DNA of 64,000 nucleotides from a bacterium (GTDB lineage: Bacteria > Bacillota_I > Bacilli_A > RF39 > UBA660): positions 149-64,148 of the forward strand of contig CAVIUA010000003.1 of the NCBI GenBank assembly GCA_963645945.1. The letters run 5' to 3'. Position numbers and translations under genes: made by a program. How positions within the stretch are numbered: position 1 is the first letter of the stretch; each line of letters starts with the position of its first letter. Below, piece after piece: positions 37,577 through 46,058 of this stretch. The notes under the pieces are model-generated. The model was given only the letters and a program-made list of their open reading frames with translations, did no database searches and was not told the origin of the DNA.

Positions 37577-39085
37577 TTAATTAATTTCTTCATATCTTTT
37601 TACTAATTTATTATTTTCTTTACTTTCTTGTAAATTCTTTTCTTGTTCTTCTTTTAATTTTATTAAGTCTTCATTCTTTTCTTTTAGTGAAGAATATATA
37701 TTTTCTAAGTTAGATAAAAGTTCTTTTATTTCTTTTTCTTGTAAATATTCTTTATAAGTAGTTTCTATTTCATTCATCATATTAAGTAATTCTTTTTCAG
37801 ATCTATTTAATAAGTAAATACTATTATCTATTTCTTTAAGACTGTTTTCAATATCGTTAGTGTAGTCTGTTACTTCATATGTTCTATATCTTCTAGTAAT
37901 CCTTCTTGGCCTTAGAGTGTTTCTAGCAAAGTATAAATATCCAGCTGTTAGAGCAGCCATTTGTCTGGCACTTCTTGGTCCAGGGATTAATGACTGTATT
38001 AAGAATAAATCCATTATGTGTCTTGCTCGAACATTTAAATATCTAACTTGAGTTTGAACTTTTTCTTGAACGGTTACAGAATTAGCTATTTTTTCTCTTA
38101 ACTCATTTATTAGATATTCTTGTTCTTCTTGAAACTTTAATAGTGATTGATTAAAAGCTTCATAGTCATTGTAGTTATCTTTTAAATTATTTAGAACTCC
38201 TTCATCTATTTTCAAATCTTCTTTTTTATCCATAAGTCTTAGATTAATTAATTCTTTTTCTATTTCTAATTCTTTTATTTTTGTGGATATCAATATATAT
38301 AACGGTGAATCCTTTATTTCTTCTACTATTTCTTCTTTATTAAATGAAGAAATGTATTCTCTAGCTAAATCTTCTATATATGAATAGTCATAACTAGCTG
38401 TTCCTTCTAATAATATTTTACTTTGTAATTCTTCTAGTTTTTTGATAAGTTCATTTAATTTATTTAATACTTCTTGTAATTGTTCAGTATTATATATGGT
38501 ATTAATATTATCTGATATTACTTGATATTCAAAAACTAATTCTTTTAATTCTCTTCTTGTTTCTTTTAATTTTTCTTCATACTGATTAATTATTTCTTTA
38601 TTTTTTATTTTTTCTAAGTCATCTGGAAGAGATGTTTTTTTAATAGAAATTTCGTCTTGAGTAATTTCAAGTACTTCTACTTCTTTTTTCTTCTTTTTAT
38701 TTTCGATTAGTTTTTCAATATTTTGATATACTGGCTTTACTTTCTCATTAGAATTTTTAATTACTACTTCAATTATATTATTATGTGAATCGGTTGTAAT
38801 AAATGAGATATTTTTATAATTTTCTTCTGATGATGTGTTAAACATTATTGGACTTTTACTTTCGATATGATTTTTGCCAGATAATGTTTTTAGGACGGTT
38901 CCTGTTACTATTATTGGTGTAACAGCTAGAACTGTTTTTAGTTGTTGTTTCTTTACTTCTTTTTCAAGTTTTTTTAAGTCTTCTTGTTCTTTAAATTTCT
39001 TTAATTTTTCTTCTTTACTCTTGGTAATGATTCTAGTTCTTCTACGATCATTCTTACCAGCTTTACCGCCTATTGTTTCATTCAT
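37577..39085 (-). CDS. coiled-coil membrane-associated protein, unknown function
   Basis: 502 aa, Lys/Glu-rich with heptad-like repeats. One N-terminal hydrophobic segment and a hydrophobic/basic patch (ALTAGYLYFARNTLRPRR). Confidence 0.45.
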   Translation of the reverse strand: MNETIGGKAGKNDRRRTRIITKSKEEKLKKFKEQEDLKKLEKEVKKQQLKTVLAVTPIIVTGTVLKTLSGKNHIESKSPIMFNTSSEENYKNISFITTDSHNNIIEVVIKNSNEKVKPVYQNIEKLIENKKKKKEVEVLEITQDEISIKKTSLPDDLEKIKNKEIINQYEEKLKETRRELKELVFEYQVISDNINTIYNTEQLQEVLNKLNELIKKLEELQSKILLEGTASYDYSYIEDLAREYISSFNKEEIVEEIKDSPLYILISTKIKELEIEKELINLRLMDKKEDLKIDEGVLNNLKDNYNDYEAFNQSLLKFQEEQEYLINELREKIANSVTVQEKVQTQVRYLNVRARHIMDLFLIQSLIPGPRSARQMAALTAGYLYFARNTLRPRRITRRYRTYEVTDYTNDIENSLKEIDNSIYLLNRSEKELLNMMNEIETTYKEYLQEKEIKELLSNLENIYSSLKEKNEDLIKLKEEQEKNLQESKENNKLVKRYEEIN

Positions 39086-39176
39086 ATTATCACCAGTTTC
39101 CTAAAATTAGTTTATCATATATTTTTTAGATTGTTTATTTTATTTGCGAGAAAAAAATCATATTTACATATGACTT

Positions 39177-39386
39177 TTATAGTAATAGTAATAATAGACC
39201 GAGTACTACTAAGAGGATTCCTAGAGTAAAGTATTTTGTTAAGTCTTTTTGATTTTGCTTATTGGCTTTCTTTTTCTTAGATAGTTTCTCGTCTAATCTT
39301 AAATATTTAATTAAAAATATAGTACCTAACGTTATTATTATAAGGGCTAGTATTTTTATAATTATCATTTTTAGCATTTTACTCAA
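39177..39386 (-). CDS. small two-TM membrane protein
   Basis: 69 aa with two hydrophobic helices flanking a Lys-rich loop. Confidence 0.35.
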   Translation of the reverse strand: MSKMLKMIIIKILALIIITLGTIFLIKYLRLDEKLSKKKKANKQNQKDLTKYFTLGILLVVLGLLLLLL

Positions 39387-39427
39387 TCCTTTTATTAAAT
39401 TGTACTATATTCTTGTATTTTTGCAAG

Positions 39428-39940
39428 TTATTTATTCATATTTAGATATTCTTTTATAACTTGAATAGTATCCTTTACAGGCATATCTCTTGTACAGGTT
39501 TCTAGAGAATCTTCTAATTTTTTGATTACTTCATCTTTATGAATGTATTCTAAATGGAAGTTACCATCTTTTTCATCATCAGTCAATTCTATTTGAGTCA
39601 TATCAGGAACTATATCAGCTTTTATACAGAAGTATTTAGCAATGTATTCAGTATTGTCATTTTCTGTTGGATAGCCTTTACATAGATGTCTTATAACTAA
39701 GAATGGCTCTCTTTCTTCTAATGGCAAAGTTATACCAGCTTCTTCTTTTACTTCTCTAACTAGACATTCATCATATGTTTCATTATCTTCTACATGTCCA
39801 CCAATGAGGAAATAGTTATGATGACTTAACACTACTAAGAATTCATCTTTAGAATTCATAATTAATACTTTTGCCCTTCTCACTACTTTATTTATATCTT
39901 TTTCTTCTAATTTATCATAATTATATAATATTTCTTTCAT
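39428..39940 (-). CDS. NUDIX hydrolase
   Basis: Complete Nudix box GGHVEDNETYDECLVREVKEEAGI (Gx5Ex7REUxEExGU). Confidence 0.85.
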   Translation of the reverse strand: MKEILYNYDKLEEKDINKVVRRAKVLIMNSKDEFLVVLSHHNYFLIGGHVEDNETYDECLVREVKEEAGITLPLEEREPFLVIRHLCKGYPTENDNTEYIAKYFCIKADIVPDMTQIELTDDEKDGNFHLEYIHKDEVIKKLEDSLETCTRDMPVKDTIQVIKEYLNMNK

Positions 39941-40014
39941 ATTATCAGATCCTTTCTTTTTTTGTTTTAGTTAATATTATGATTATATTTTTTAGTAGTG
40001 TTTAATAACCTTTC

Positions 40015-41616
40015 TTAATTTTTATTTTTAAATCTTTTGTAGTCTTCATAATTACCAGGTATTGTTTTTAGTTTATTATCTTCTATATAAACTAATCTTG
40101 TTGCGAGTGTATTAATGAAGTAACGATCGTGAGAAATAAATAGTAAAGTACCTTTATATTCTTGTAAAGCTGTTTCTAGTATTTCTTTTGTTTCTATATC
40201 AATATGATTAGTTGGCTCATCTAGGATTAGGAAGTTAATATCTTTTTGCATAAGACAAAATAATTTTAAACGTACTTTTTCACCGCCAGATAAACTTTTA
40301 AGTCTTTTTAGAATGTTGTCTTTAAAAAAATAAAATTTATTTAAGGCTGCACGTAGATGTTGTTCCTCACCTATCCAGTATTCTTTTGCTTCTTGGAGTA
40401 CAGTTTTATTATCATCTTCAAAAGATATCTCTTGCGGAATATATCCTATTTTTAGATTAGAACCATGCCCTTCTTTATGTTCTAGAATGTATTTTACTAG
40501 GCTCGATTTACCTGAACCATTATTTCCTAATAAGCATACTTTTTCTTGATAGTTAATATTTATATCAGTGTCCTTTAAGATTATTTTATTTGGATAAGAT
40601 ATATTAATAGATTTTAGACTTAGTGCCATTTTTCCAGATCTATTTGAAGAAAACTGTAAAGGAATAGCTTCTTTTTCGACTGGTTTTTCTAACTTTTCTA
40701 ATCTATTAAGTCTCTTTCTGATATTTTCTGCTCTTTTAAAGAACATTTCACTTTTTGCGATATTACCATACTCTTCTAATCTTTTAATAGAGGCTTCCAT
40801 GGCTTTTATTATTTTTTGTTGATCTTTATAATCTTTAAATTCTTTATTTATACGTTCTTCATTTTCTTTTAGATACTTAGTATAATTTCCGTGAAAGATA
40901 TTGATTCCAGCGTTTTCTAAAAGAATAGTTTTTGTTGCGACTTGGTCTAGGAAGTATCTATCATGAGAAATCATTAGAATGCTTCCTTTGTAATTTTTTA
41001 GATATTCTTCTAGCCAGTCTAAAGTATCAATATCTAAATGATTAGTTGGCTCATCTAGAAGTAAAATGTCAGGGGAAGATATTATTATTGAGGCAAAGTT
41101 AACGATAGTTTTTTCGCCACCAGATAAGCTATTAAACTTTCTAGGTAAAAGTTCTTTGTTGATTTTAAATCCTTTAATTACCTTTTCTACTTTTGCATCT
41201 ATTTCGTATCCGGACATATTAATGAATTCCGTTTGTAAATTTGTATATCTAACAATTAGTTTCTCAACATTTCCAGGTGTTGCGTTAGTTATTTTTTCTT
41301 CATATTCAGTTAATTTATCACGTAAGGCTATTAAGTCTTTTACACCTTCATATAAGACATCTTTAACGGTAATATTTTCTTCTTTATTATCGGCATTTTG
41401 TTTTAAGTAGCCTAGACGAGCATTTTTTCTTATGGAAACTGTTCCTGCATCTGATTTAATTGTGCCAGCAACTATATTTAATAAACTTGTTTTTCCAGAG
41501 CCGTTTGCTCCGATTAAAGCAATTCTCTCATTTGTTTTTACTTCAAAACTTATATCTTTTAAAACTGGCCCGAAGCCGTAGTTTTTTGTTACTTTATTTA
41601 TTCCTATTTCTATCAT
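40015..41616 (-). CDS. ABC-F family ATPase (two ABC domains, no TM domain)
   Basis: Two Walker A motifs (GANGSGKTS, GNNGSGKSS), two signatures (LSGGEK x2) and an ~65-aa basic interdomain linker. I prefer ATG 41616 (MIEIGINK, RBS AAGGA 9 nt upstream) to the GTG at 41685, which lies in the leader. Confidence 0.9.
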   Translation of the reverse strand: MIEIGINKVTKNYGFGPVLKDISFEVKTNERIALIGANGSGKTSLLNIVAGTIKSDAGTVSIRKNARLGYLKQNADNKEENITVKDVLYEGVKDLIALRDKLTEYEEKITNATPGNVEKLIVRYTNLQTEFINMSGYEIDAKVEKVIKGFKINKELLPRKFNSLSGGEKTIVNFASIIISSPDILLLDEPTNHLDIDTLDWLEEYLKNYKGSILMISHDRYFLDQVATKTILLENAGINIFHGNYTKYLKENEERINKEFKDYKDQQKIIKAMEASIKRLEEYGNIAKSEMFFKRAENIRKRLNRLEKLEKPVEKEAIPLQFSSNRSGKMALSLKSINISYPNKIILKDTDININYQEKVCLLGNNGSGKSSLVKYILEHKEGHGSNLKIGYIPQEISFEDDNKTVLQEAKEYWIGEEQHLRAALNKFYFFKDNILKRLKSLSGGEKVRLKLFCLMQKDINFLILDEPTNHIDIETKEILETALQEYKGTLLFISHDRYFINTLATRLVYIEDNKLKTIPGNYEDYKRFKNKN

Positions 41617-41650
41617 ATTATCACATCCTTCAAAAAAAATAAGAACTATA

Positions 41651-41738
41651 CATCCGTATAGTCCTTTGTATACAGATGCAGGCACGACGAAAACTTCACA
41701 CCTACATCTATTATTTTTTTATTTAGATGCTAGGTGTG
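41651..41738 (-). promoter_or_regulatory. leader hairpins upstream of the ABC-F gene (attenuator-like)
   Basis: Hairpin 1 has arms 41725-41738 and 41697-41709 (13 bp, one bulge) and is followed by GAAGUUUUCG. Hairpin 2 spans 41651-41678 (10 bp including one G.U) and has a U8 run 11 nt downstream. Confidence 0.5.
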
Positions 41739-41782
41739 ATAAGTAATGTATACATGATGACATGATTACGATAAATATTCAT
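41723..41782 (-). promoter_or_regulatory. 19-codon leader ORF (MNIYRNHVIMYTLLITPSI) upstream of the ABC-F gene
   Basis: GGAGGA (41791-41796) lies 8 nt upstream of ATG 41782. The last 4 sense codons and the stop codon lie inside the 5' arm of hairpin 1. Confidence 0.5.
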
Positions 41783-41853
41783 TTTATCACTCCTCCTTTT
41801 TTAATATTAGCATATTTTTTGGGGAATTGCAAATGTGATGATGAATGGAATGG

Positions 41854-42716
41854 TTATTCTAACAGAAGTCTTACTGTTCCTCTATCTTCTAACTTTGTCT
41901 TAGCATCTGGTGACTGAGAGACTACTTTTTCACCGGATCCAGAATATTCAACAGTAAAGTTAGAAAGGAGTTTTTTAGCGTCTTTTACATTCTTACCTAC
42001 AACATTTGGAACTTCATACATGATTTTATCAGTCCATTCTAAATCTTTTTCCATTCCTTCTTTTTGTTCTTTTATATCTAAGGCATCAATTATATCTAGT
42101 AATATTCTTCTAGCAATAGGTGTTGTGGTATAACTTGATAAAAGAGCGGTATTTTTAGGATTATCTATCGCAAGATATAGAACTGCTTCTGGATCATTTG
42201 AAGGGACTACAGCCATGAATGACATAATATAATTACCTACTAAGTATCTACCATTTTGGACTTTTTGGGCTGTACCTGTTTTTCCGCCAACACGATATCC
42301 TTCAATATAAGCAGCTTTTCCGCCACCTTTCGCAACAACACTTTCTAGTGCATGTCTCATTATGGCTGATGTTTCACTTGAAATTACTTTTCTAACTTGA
42401 CTTTTTTCTGTTTCTTTTATAATGGTATTTGTTTCTTTTTCAGCAATACTTTTTACGATATAAGGCTTATATAAATAGCCATTATTTACTACAGCTGATA
42501 CAGCTGTTACTTGTTGGATAGGTGTGACACTGACTCCTTGACCGAAAGCTGTTGTTGAAAGTTCAACATTACCTACTTTATCTAATGGAAAGATAATACC
42601 TTGACCTTCTCCATTTAAATCGACACCTGTTTTATTACCAAAGCCAAACTTTTCAATGTAGGAGAATAATTTTTCTTTACCAAGCATTTGTCCTAGTTTT
42701 ACGAATCCTGGGTTGC
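41854..42716 (-). pseudogene. 3' half of split class B penicillin-binding protein gene (transpeptidase C-part + PASTA)
   Basis: Begins ..SNPGFVKLGQMLG, with KTGT (GGKTGTAQ) and a C-terminal PASTA-like domain (VPNVVGKNVKDAKKLL). No plausible native start: an in-frame TAA lies 8 codons upstream of the GTG at 42723. Confidence 0.85.
42713..42716. repeat. 4-bp core (ttgc) identical at both element junctions, left copy
   Basis: Same tetranucleotide as at 53261-53264. The PBP coding sequence ends or resumes at this point on each side. Confidence 0.6.
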
Positions 42717-42760
42717 TGGGCACCGGTTTTACCTCTAAAAAAAATTATTCGACATAATAT

Positions 42761-44344
42761 TTAATTCTCAAAATAAATATTTTTTATACTTCCATCTTTA
42801 AAATATATTTCTAAATTCATTTTATATCTAGTTTCTAATTTAGTAACTATAATTTTTTCTATTAACAAATTCGTATACACTTTTAAATTGTTGTATACAT
42901 CACTTAGTTTTTCTATTTCTAAGTCTATATTTTTTAATCTTTGATGATAATCTTTTTTTGTGTCTAAATTTTTTAATTTAGTTTTTATTTTTAATATTTC
43001 TACATCATTTCTATTAAGTCTATCTTTAAGTTCATCACTAGATATTATATTAGATATATTTAAATTAATAAGTTTATCTCTTTTATTGTTTAATTCTTTT
43101 ATTTGTTCTTCTAAAGATAATTTTAATTTATTATTTGATTTAAAAAACACTTCATTACATAAGGATATAAATTCATTTTTCATTAACAATAAATTTTCAC
43201 TAATATATTCTGTTATTACATCACTTATAACTTTGTCTAATACCTTTTCTTTAATAATTGGAGAATCACAAGATAATACTCCTTCATTTTTATACTTTTT
43301 ACATACCCAAGTAGGATTATTTTTTCTATTACTTCCAGCACATCTAACAAATATTTCATTATGCTGATTACATATTAATTTATTTGTATATTTAGATTCA
43401 TCTACTATTTTTTGATTAGTAGTTATATGAATATTTCTAGAATTATATTTTTTTCTATATAATTCATTTGCTTTATTCCATAATTCTTCTGATACAATTG
43501 GATCAATTAAATCTGTTTTATATATTATTTGTTCATTCTTTGGAATTTTAACTTTTTTATGTGTTTTATAACTTTCTACTCTAGTTAAATTAGCAGTATA
43601 ATATCCTTTATATCTAGGATTAATTAAAAACTTTTTTAAAGTTGTACCAGAATAAGCTTTACCATTTTTATTTTTGTATCCTTTTTCATATAAAACATTA
43701 GATATTTTTTCAAATGAATATTTTCCGGTCGCATATAAATTAAATAATATTTCTATTATAGGTCTTTCTTCTTCATTTATAATCATTCTTCCATTTTTAC
43801 GATAATACCCAGTTAAATTACCACCAATAATTTTTCCATCCTTAATCATTCTTTTTATTCCAAATTTAACTCTTTCAGACAATTTTCTAACTTCGTCCTG
43901 TGCAAGAGATGACATTAAAGCAAGCCTAAATTCACTATCTGGGTAAATTGTATTTATATTATCACTTATAAAAAAAACTACCGTACCATTATTAAGAAGT
44001 TCTTCTGTATATTTGATACTATCTACTACATTACGAGAGAACCTAGATATTTCTTTCGTTACAATTAAATCTAATTTACCTTGTTTCGAGTCTTCTATCA
44101 TCCTTAAAAAATTATCTCTATTTTTAACACTTGTGCCACTTATACCTTCATCAATATATTCACCAACTAAATTCCATTTTTTATTCTCATTTATCATTTC
44201 TCTAAAATAATTAGATTGATTTTCCAAACTATTTAACTGATCATCTTTATCTGTAGACACTCTTGCATAATAACCCACATTCAAATTCATATCAAATATA
44301 GTTTTACCAAGTAATAGTTCACTTCTAGTTTGAAGTACATTCAT
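42761..44344 (-). CDS. large serine recombinase
   Basis: 527 aa. N-terminal resolvase catalytic domain (YARVSTDKDDQLNSLENQ), then a recombinase domain, a Cys-rich zinc-ribbon region (CNQHNEIFVRC..WVCKKY) and a C-terminal coiled coil. Confidence 0.9.
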   Translation of the reverse strand: MNVLQTRSELLLGKTIFDMNLNVGYYARVSTDKDDQLNSLENQSNYFREMINENKKWNLVGEYIDEGISGTSVKNRDNFLRMIEDSKQGKLDLIVTKEISRFSRNVVDSIKYTEELLNNGTVVFFISDNINTIYPDSEFRLALMSSLAQDEVRKLSERVKFGIKRMIKDGKIIGGNLTGYYRKNGRMIINEEERPIIEILFNLYATGKYSFEKISNVLYEKGYKNKNGKAYSGTTLKKFLINPRYKGYYTANLTRVESYKTHKKVKIPKNEQIIYKTDLIDPIVSEELWNKANELYRKKYNSRNIHITTNQKIVDESKYTNKLICNQHNEIFVRCAGSNRKNNPTWVCKKYKNEGVLSCDSPIIKEKVLDKVISDVITEYISENLLLMKNEFISLCNEVFFKSNNKLKLSLEEQIKELNNKRDKLINLNISNIISSDELKDRLNRNDVEILKIKTKLKNLDTKKDYHQRLKNIDLEIEKLSDVYNNLKVYTNLLIEKIIVTKLETRYKMNLEIYFKDGSIKNIYFEN

Positions 44345-44462
44345 TTTTTGTCTCCTTTATTATTTCTTCATTCATAATTTTTAATTCATCAAAACTAATT
44401 ATTTTTTTTTGATATAATTCTTTATTAATTATTAATTTCAATTCTTTAATTATTTCTTTCAT
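44325..44462 (-). CDS. 45-aa ORF overlapping the recombinase start (candidate accessory/directionality factor)
   Basis: MKEIIKELKLIINKELYQKKIISFDELKIMNEEIIKETKNECTSN. RBS GGGAGGT lies 4 nt upstream of ATG 44462. The 3' end overlaps the recombinase ATG by 20 nt. Confidence 0.3.
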   Translation of the reverse strand: MKEIIKELKLIINKELYQKKIISFDELKIMNEEIIKETKNECTSN

Positions 44463-44504
44463 ATTTACCTCCCATTTAATTTTATTATAAATTTAAATAA
44501 ATAT

Positions 44505-44529
44505 GAAAAAAGCAAGAATTAATCTTGCT
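44505..44529 (-). terminator. rho-independent terminator ending the cargo operon
   Basis: AGCAAGA / TCTTGCT stem (44511-44517 / 44523-44529) with a 5-nt loop and a T6 run on the minus strand, downstream of the speD-like gene. Confidence 0.65.
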
Positions 44530-44614
44530 TTTTCTTAGAGTGCATTTTTCTTATGAAAATACACATTTTGGTTCGTAATGCACTTAATTGTGCACTTTAT
44601 ATTTTATTTAACGT

Positions 44615-44977
44615 TTAAGTTGTAATTGGGATGACTCCACGATTAATTGTTCTCATTTTATAATTATTGGTTGAAAAAATATCACACAAATATTTTACCA
44701 CATTCTCAATATTAATATTTGTATCACATAAGAATATATCGATAGCTGCATATCGATATTCTGGCCATGTATGAATTGTAAAATGAGATTCTTTTAATAC
44801 TAATACACCACTAACACCATATGGTTTAAATTGATGAAAACAACTTTTTACAACATTAAAATTTCCAATTTTCCCAGCTTCTATCATCACTTCTTTTATT
44901 TTAGAAACTGATACTAAGTAGTCATTATTACAATCATAAAAGTCTAATAAATAATGTATTCCTAAAATATCATTCAT
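44615..44977 (-). CDS. speD: S-adenosylmethionine decarboxylase proenzyme (small pyruvoyl-dependent SpeD/SpeH type)
   Basis: 120 aa. Self-processing/active-site motif LKESHFTIHTWPEY. The size matches the Bacillus/Thermotoga class. Confidence 0.8.
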   Translation of the reverse strand: MNDILGIHYLLDFYDCNNDYLVSVSKIKEVMIEAGKIGNFNVVKSCFHQFKPYGVSGVLVLKESHFTIHTWPEYRYAAIDIFLCDTNINIENVVKYLCDIFSTNNYKMRTINRGVIPITT

Positions 44978-46058
44978 TATTATTTTCCTCCATAATCATT
45001 TGAAAATAATCTACTGAATAATTCCTAAAAAATTTTTTAGGATCTTCTACCCAATTATTTACTTCTTTCCACAATATATCTATTCCTTTATCTCCATAAC
45101 ATTTTATAAAACTATCATAATTAATAAATGCTCCATTAATATCTTTATAGGCATCATTTTTTAAATATAAACTTTTAGAGAACTTAGCACCAGACCAATC
45201 TAAAATAACTGGTGCGAAAAATCTTATTGGAAATTCATTAAAACCTAATCTAACAAGTCCTTCAGTATGCATTCGCTGAGCCCAAATGCCAGACCAATCT
45301 CCACCATCTAACATAATTGTTAAAGTGTTGTTTTTCTTATCTTCCTCTAGCATCGCTACCCCTTTAGTTAAATCTCTAAATTGAGTATTTATATCCACAT
45401 ATTCTTCATTTTCTTCTGTAACTTTTATCTCATATAAACCATGGATTGGACAATATCCTTTCAAAATTAACTCATTCTTATTATGTTTTTCTTCTAATCT
45501 TTTTATAGTTTTTTTACCAAGACCACACGTTGGACATATTGTCCTAATATGTAAATCTGATGCTGACGGAAATAAAAGTTCTTTAAAATATTCTTTGTCA
45601 TTTACAATATTAATAAGTGATTTTCTTATATATCTATTTTTTTGAAATTCATTATAACTTCTTACAGAATAAGGAATATTAGCCAAAACTGATAATTTTT
45701 CTAAAATCTCATTAAATCTTTTCATATTAATCTGTTCTTTAGATTCTTGTTGATAAAAACTATGTCGTTGATCTTTATAATAAATTTCTTCATTATATTC
45801 TATTGTTTCTGCTGGACTATTTTCCAATTCATCAAATTGAACTTCCGTTTCTACTTTCAAATCATCTCTAATTTTACTCGCTAATGCAAAAGCTGTCATA
45901 AGTGTTGTTATCGTTCCTAGATGCGGACTACTATTAGGTTGTGCCGATGTGTTTATTATTATCTTTTTTTGATTTTTGTACTTATACAAAATTAAATCAC
46001 TAAGTTTATTAGTTACATGAGCAATTCCGATTGGTGGATAAAATACTTCTCTTTTCAT
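44970..46058 (-). CDS. class-I aminoacyl-tRNA-synthetase-like ligase (HIGH/KMSKS)
   Basis: 362 aa with a HIGH-like PHLGT near the N-terminus, a KMSKS-like KFSKS near residue 290 and a Cys/His knuckle CPTCG..CPIHG. It is too short and divergent for a housekeeping aaRS. Confidence 0.5.
   Translation of the reverse strand: MKREVFYPPIGIAHVTNKLSDLILYKYKNQKKIIINTSAQPNSSPHLGTITTLMTAFALASKIRDDLKVETEVQFDELENSPAETIEYNEEIYYKDQRHSFYQQESKEQINMKRFNEILEKLSVLANIPYSVRSYNEFQKNRYIRKSLINIVNDKEYFKELLFPSASDLHIRTICPTCGLGKKTIKRLEEKHNKNELILKGYCPIHGLYEIKVTEENEEYVDINTQFRDLTKGVAMLEEDKKNNTLTIMLDGGDWSGIWAQRMHTEGLVRLGFNEFPIRFFAPVILDWSGAKFSKSLYLKNDAYKDINGAFINYDSFIKCYGDKGIDILWKEVNNWVEDPKKFFRNYSVDYFQMIMEENNNE

Noticed and set aside
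41617-41685. 23-codon N-terminal extension of the ABC-F ORF (GTG start at 41685).
   Set aside because: The extension (MPASVYKGLYGCIVLIFFEGCDN) runs through the leader hairpins. ATG 41616 has a proper RBS and gives the canonical ABC-F N-terminus (MIEIGINKVTKNYG).
44541-44600. Cluster of GTGCA(T/C) half-sites in inverted and direct orientation (aGTGCAtt ... aatGCACtt ... tGTGCACtt) between the speD-like gene and the cargo terminator, considered as an operator.
   Set aside because: It lies downstream of the last cargo gene and upstream of a terminator, an unlikely place for an operator. The repeats are only 5-6 nt. I note it only as a possible additional RNA structure.
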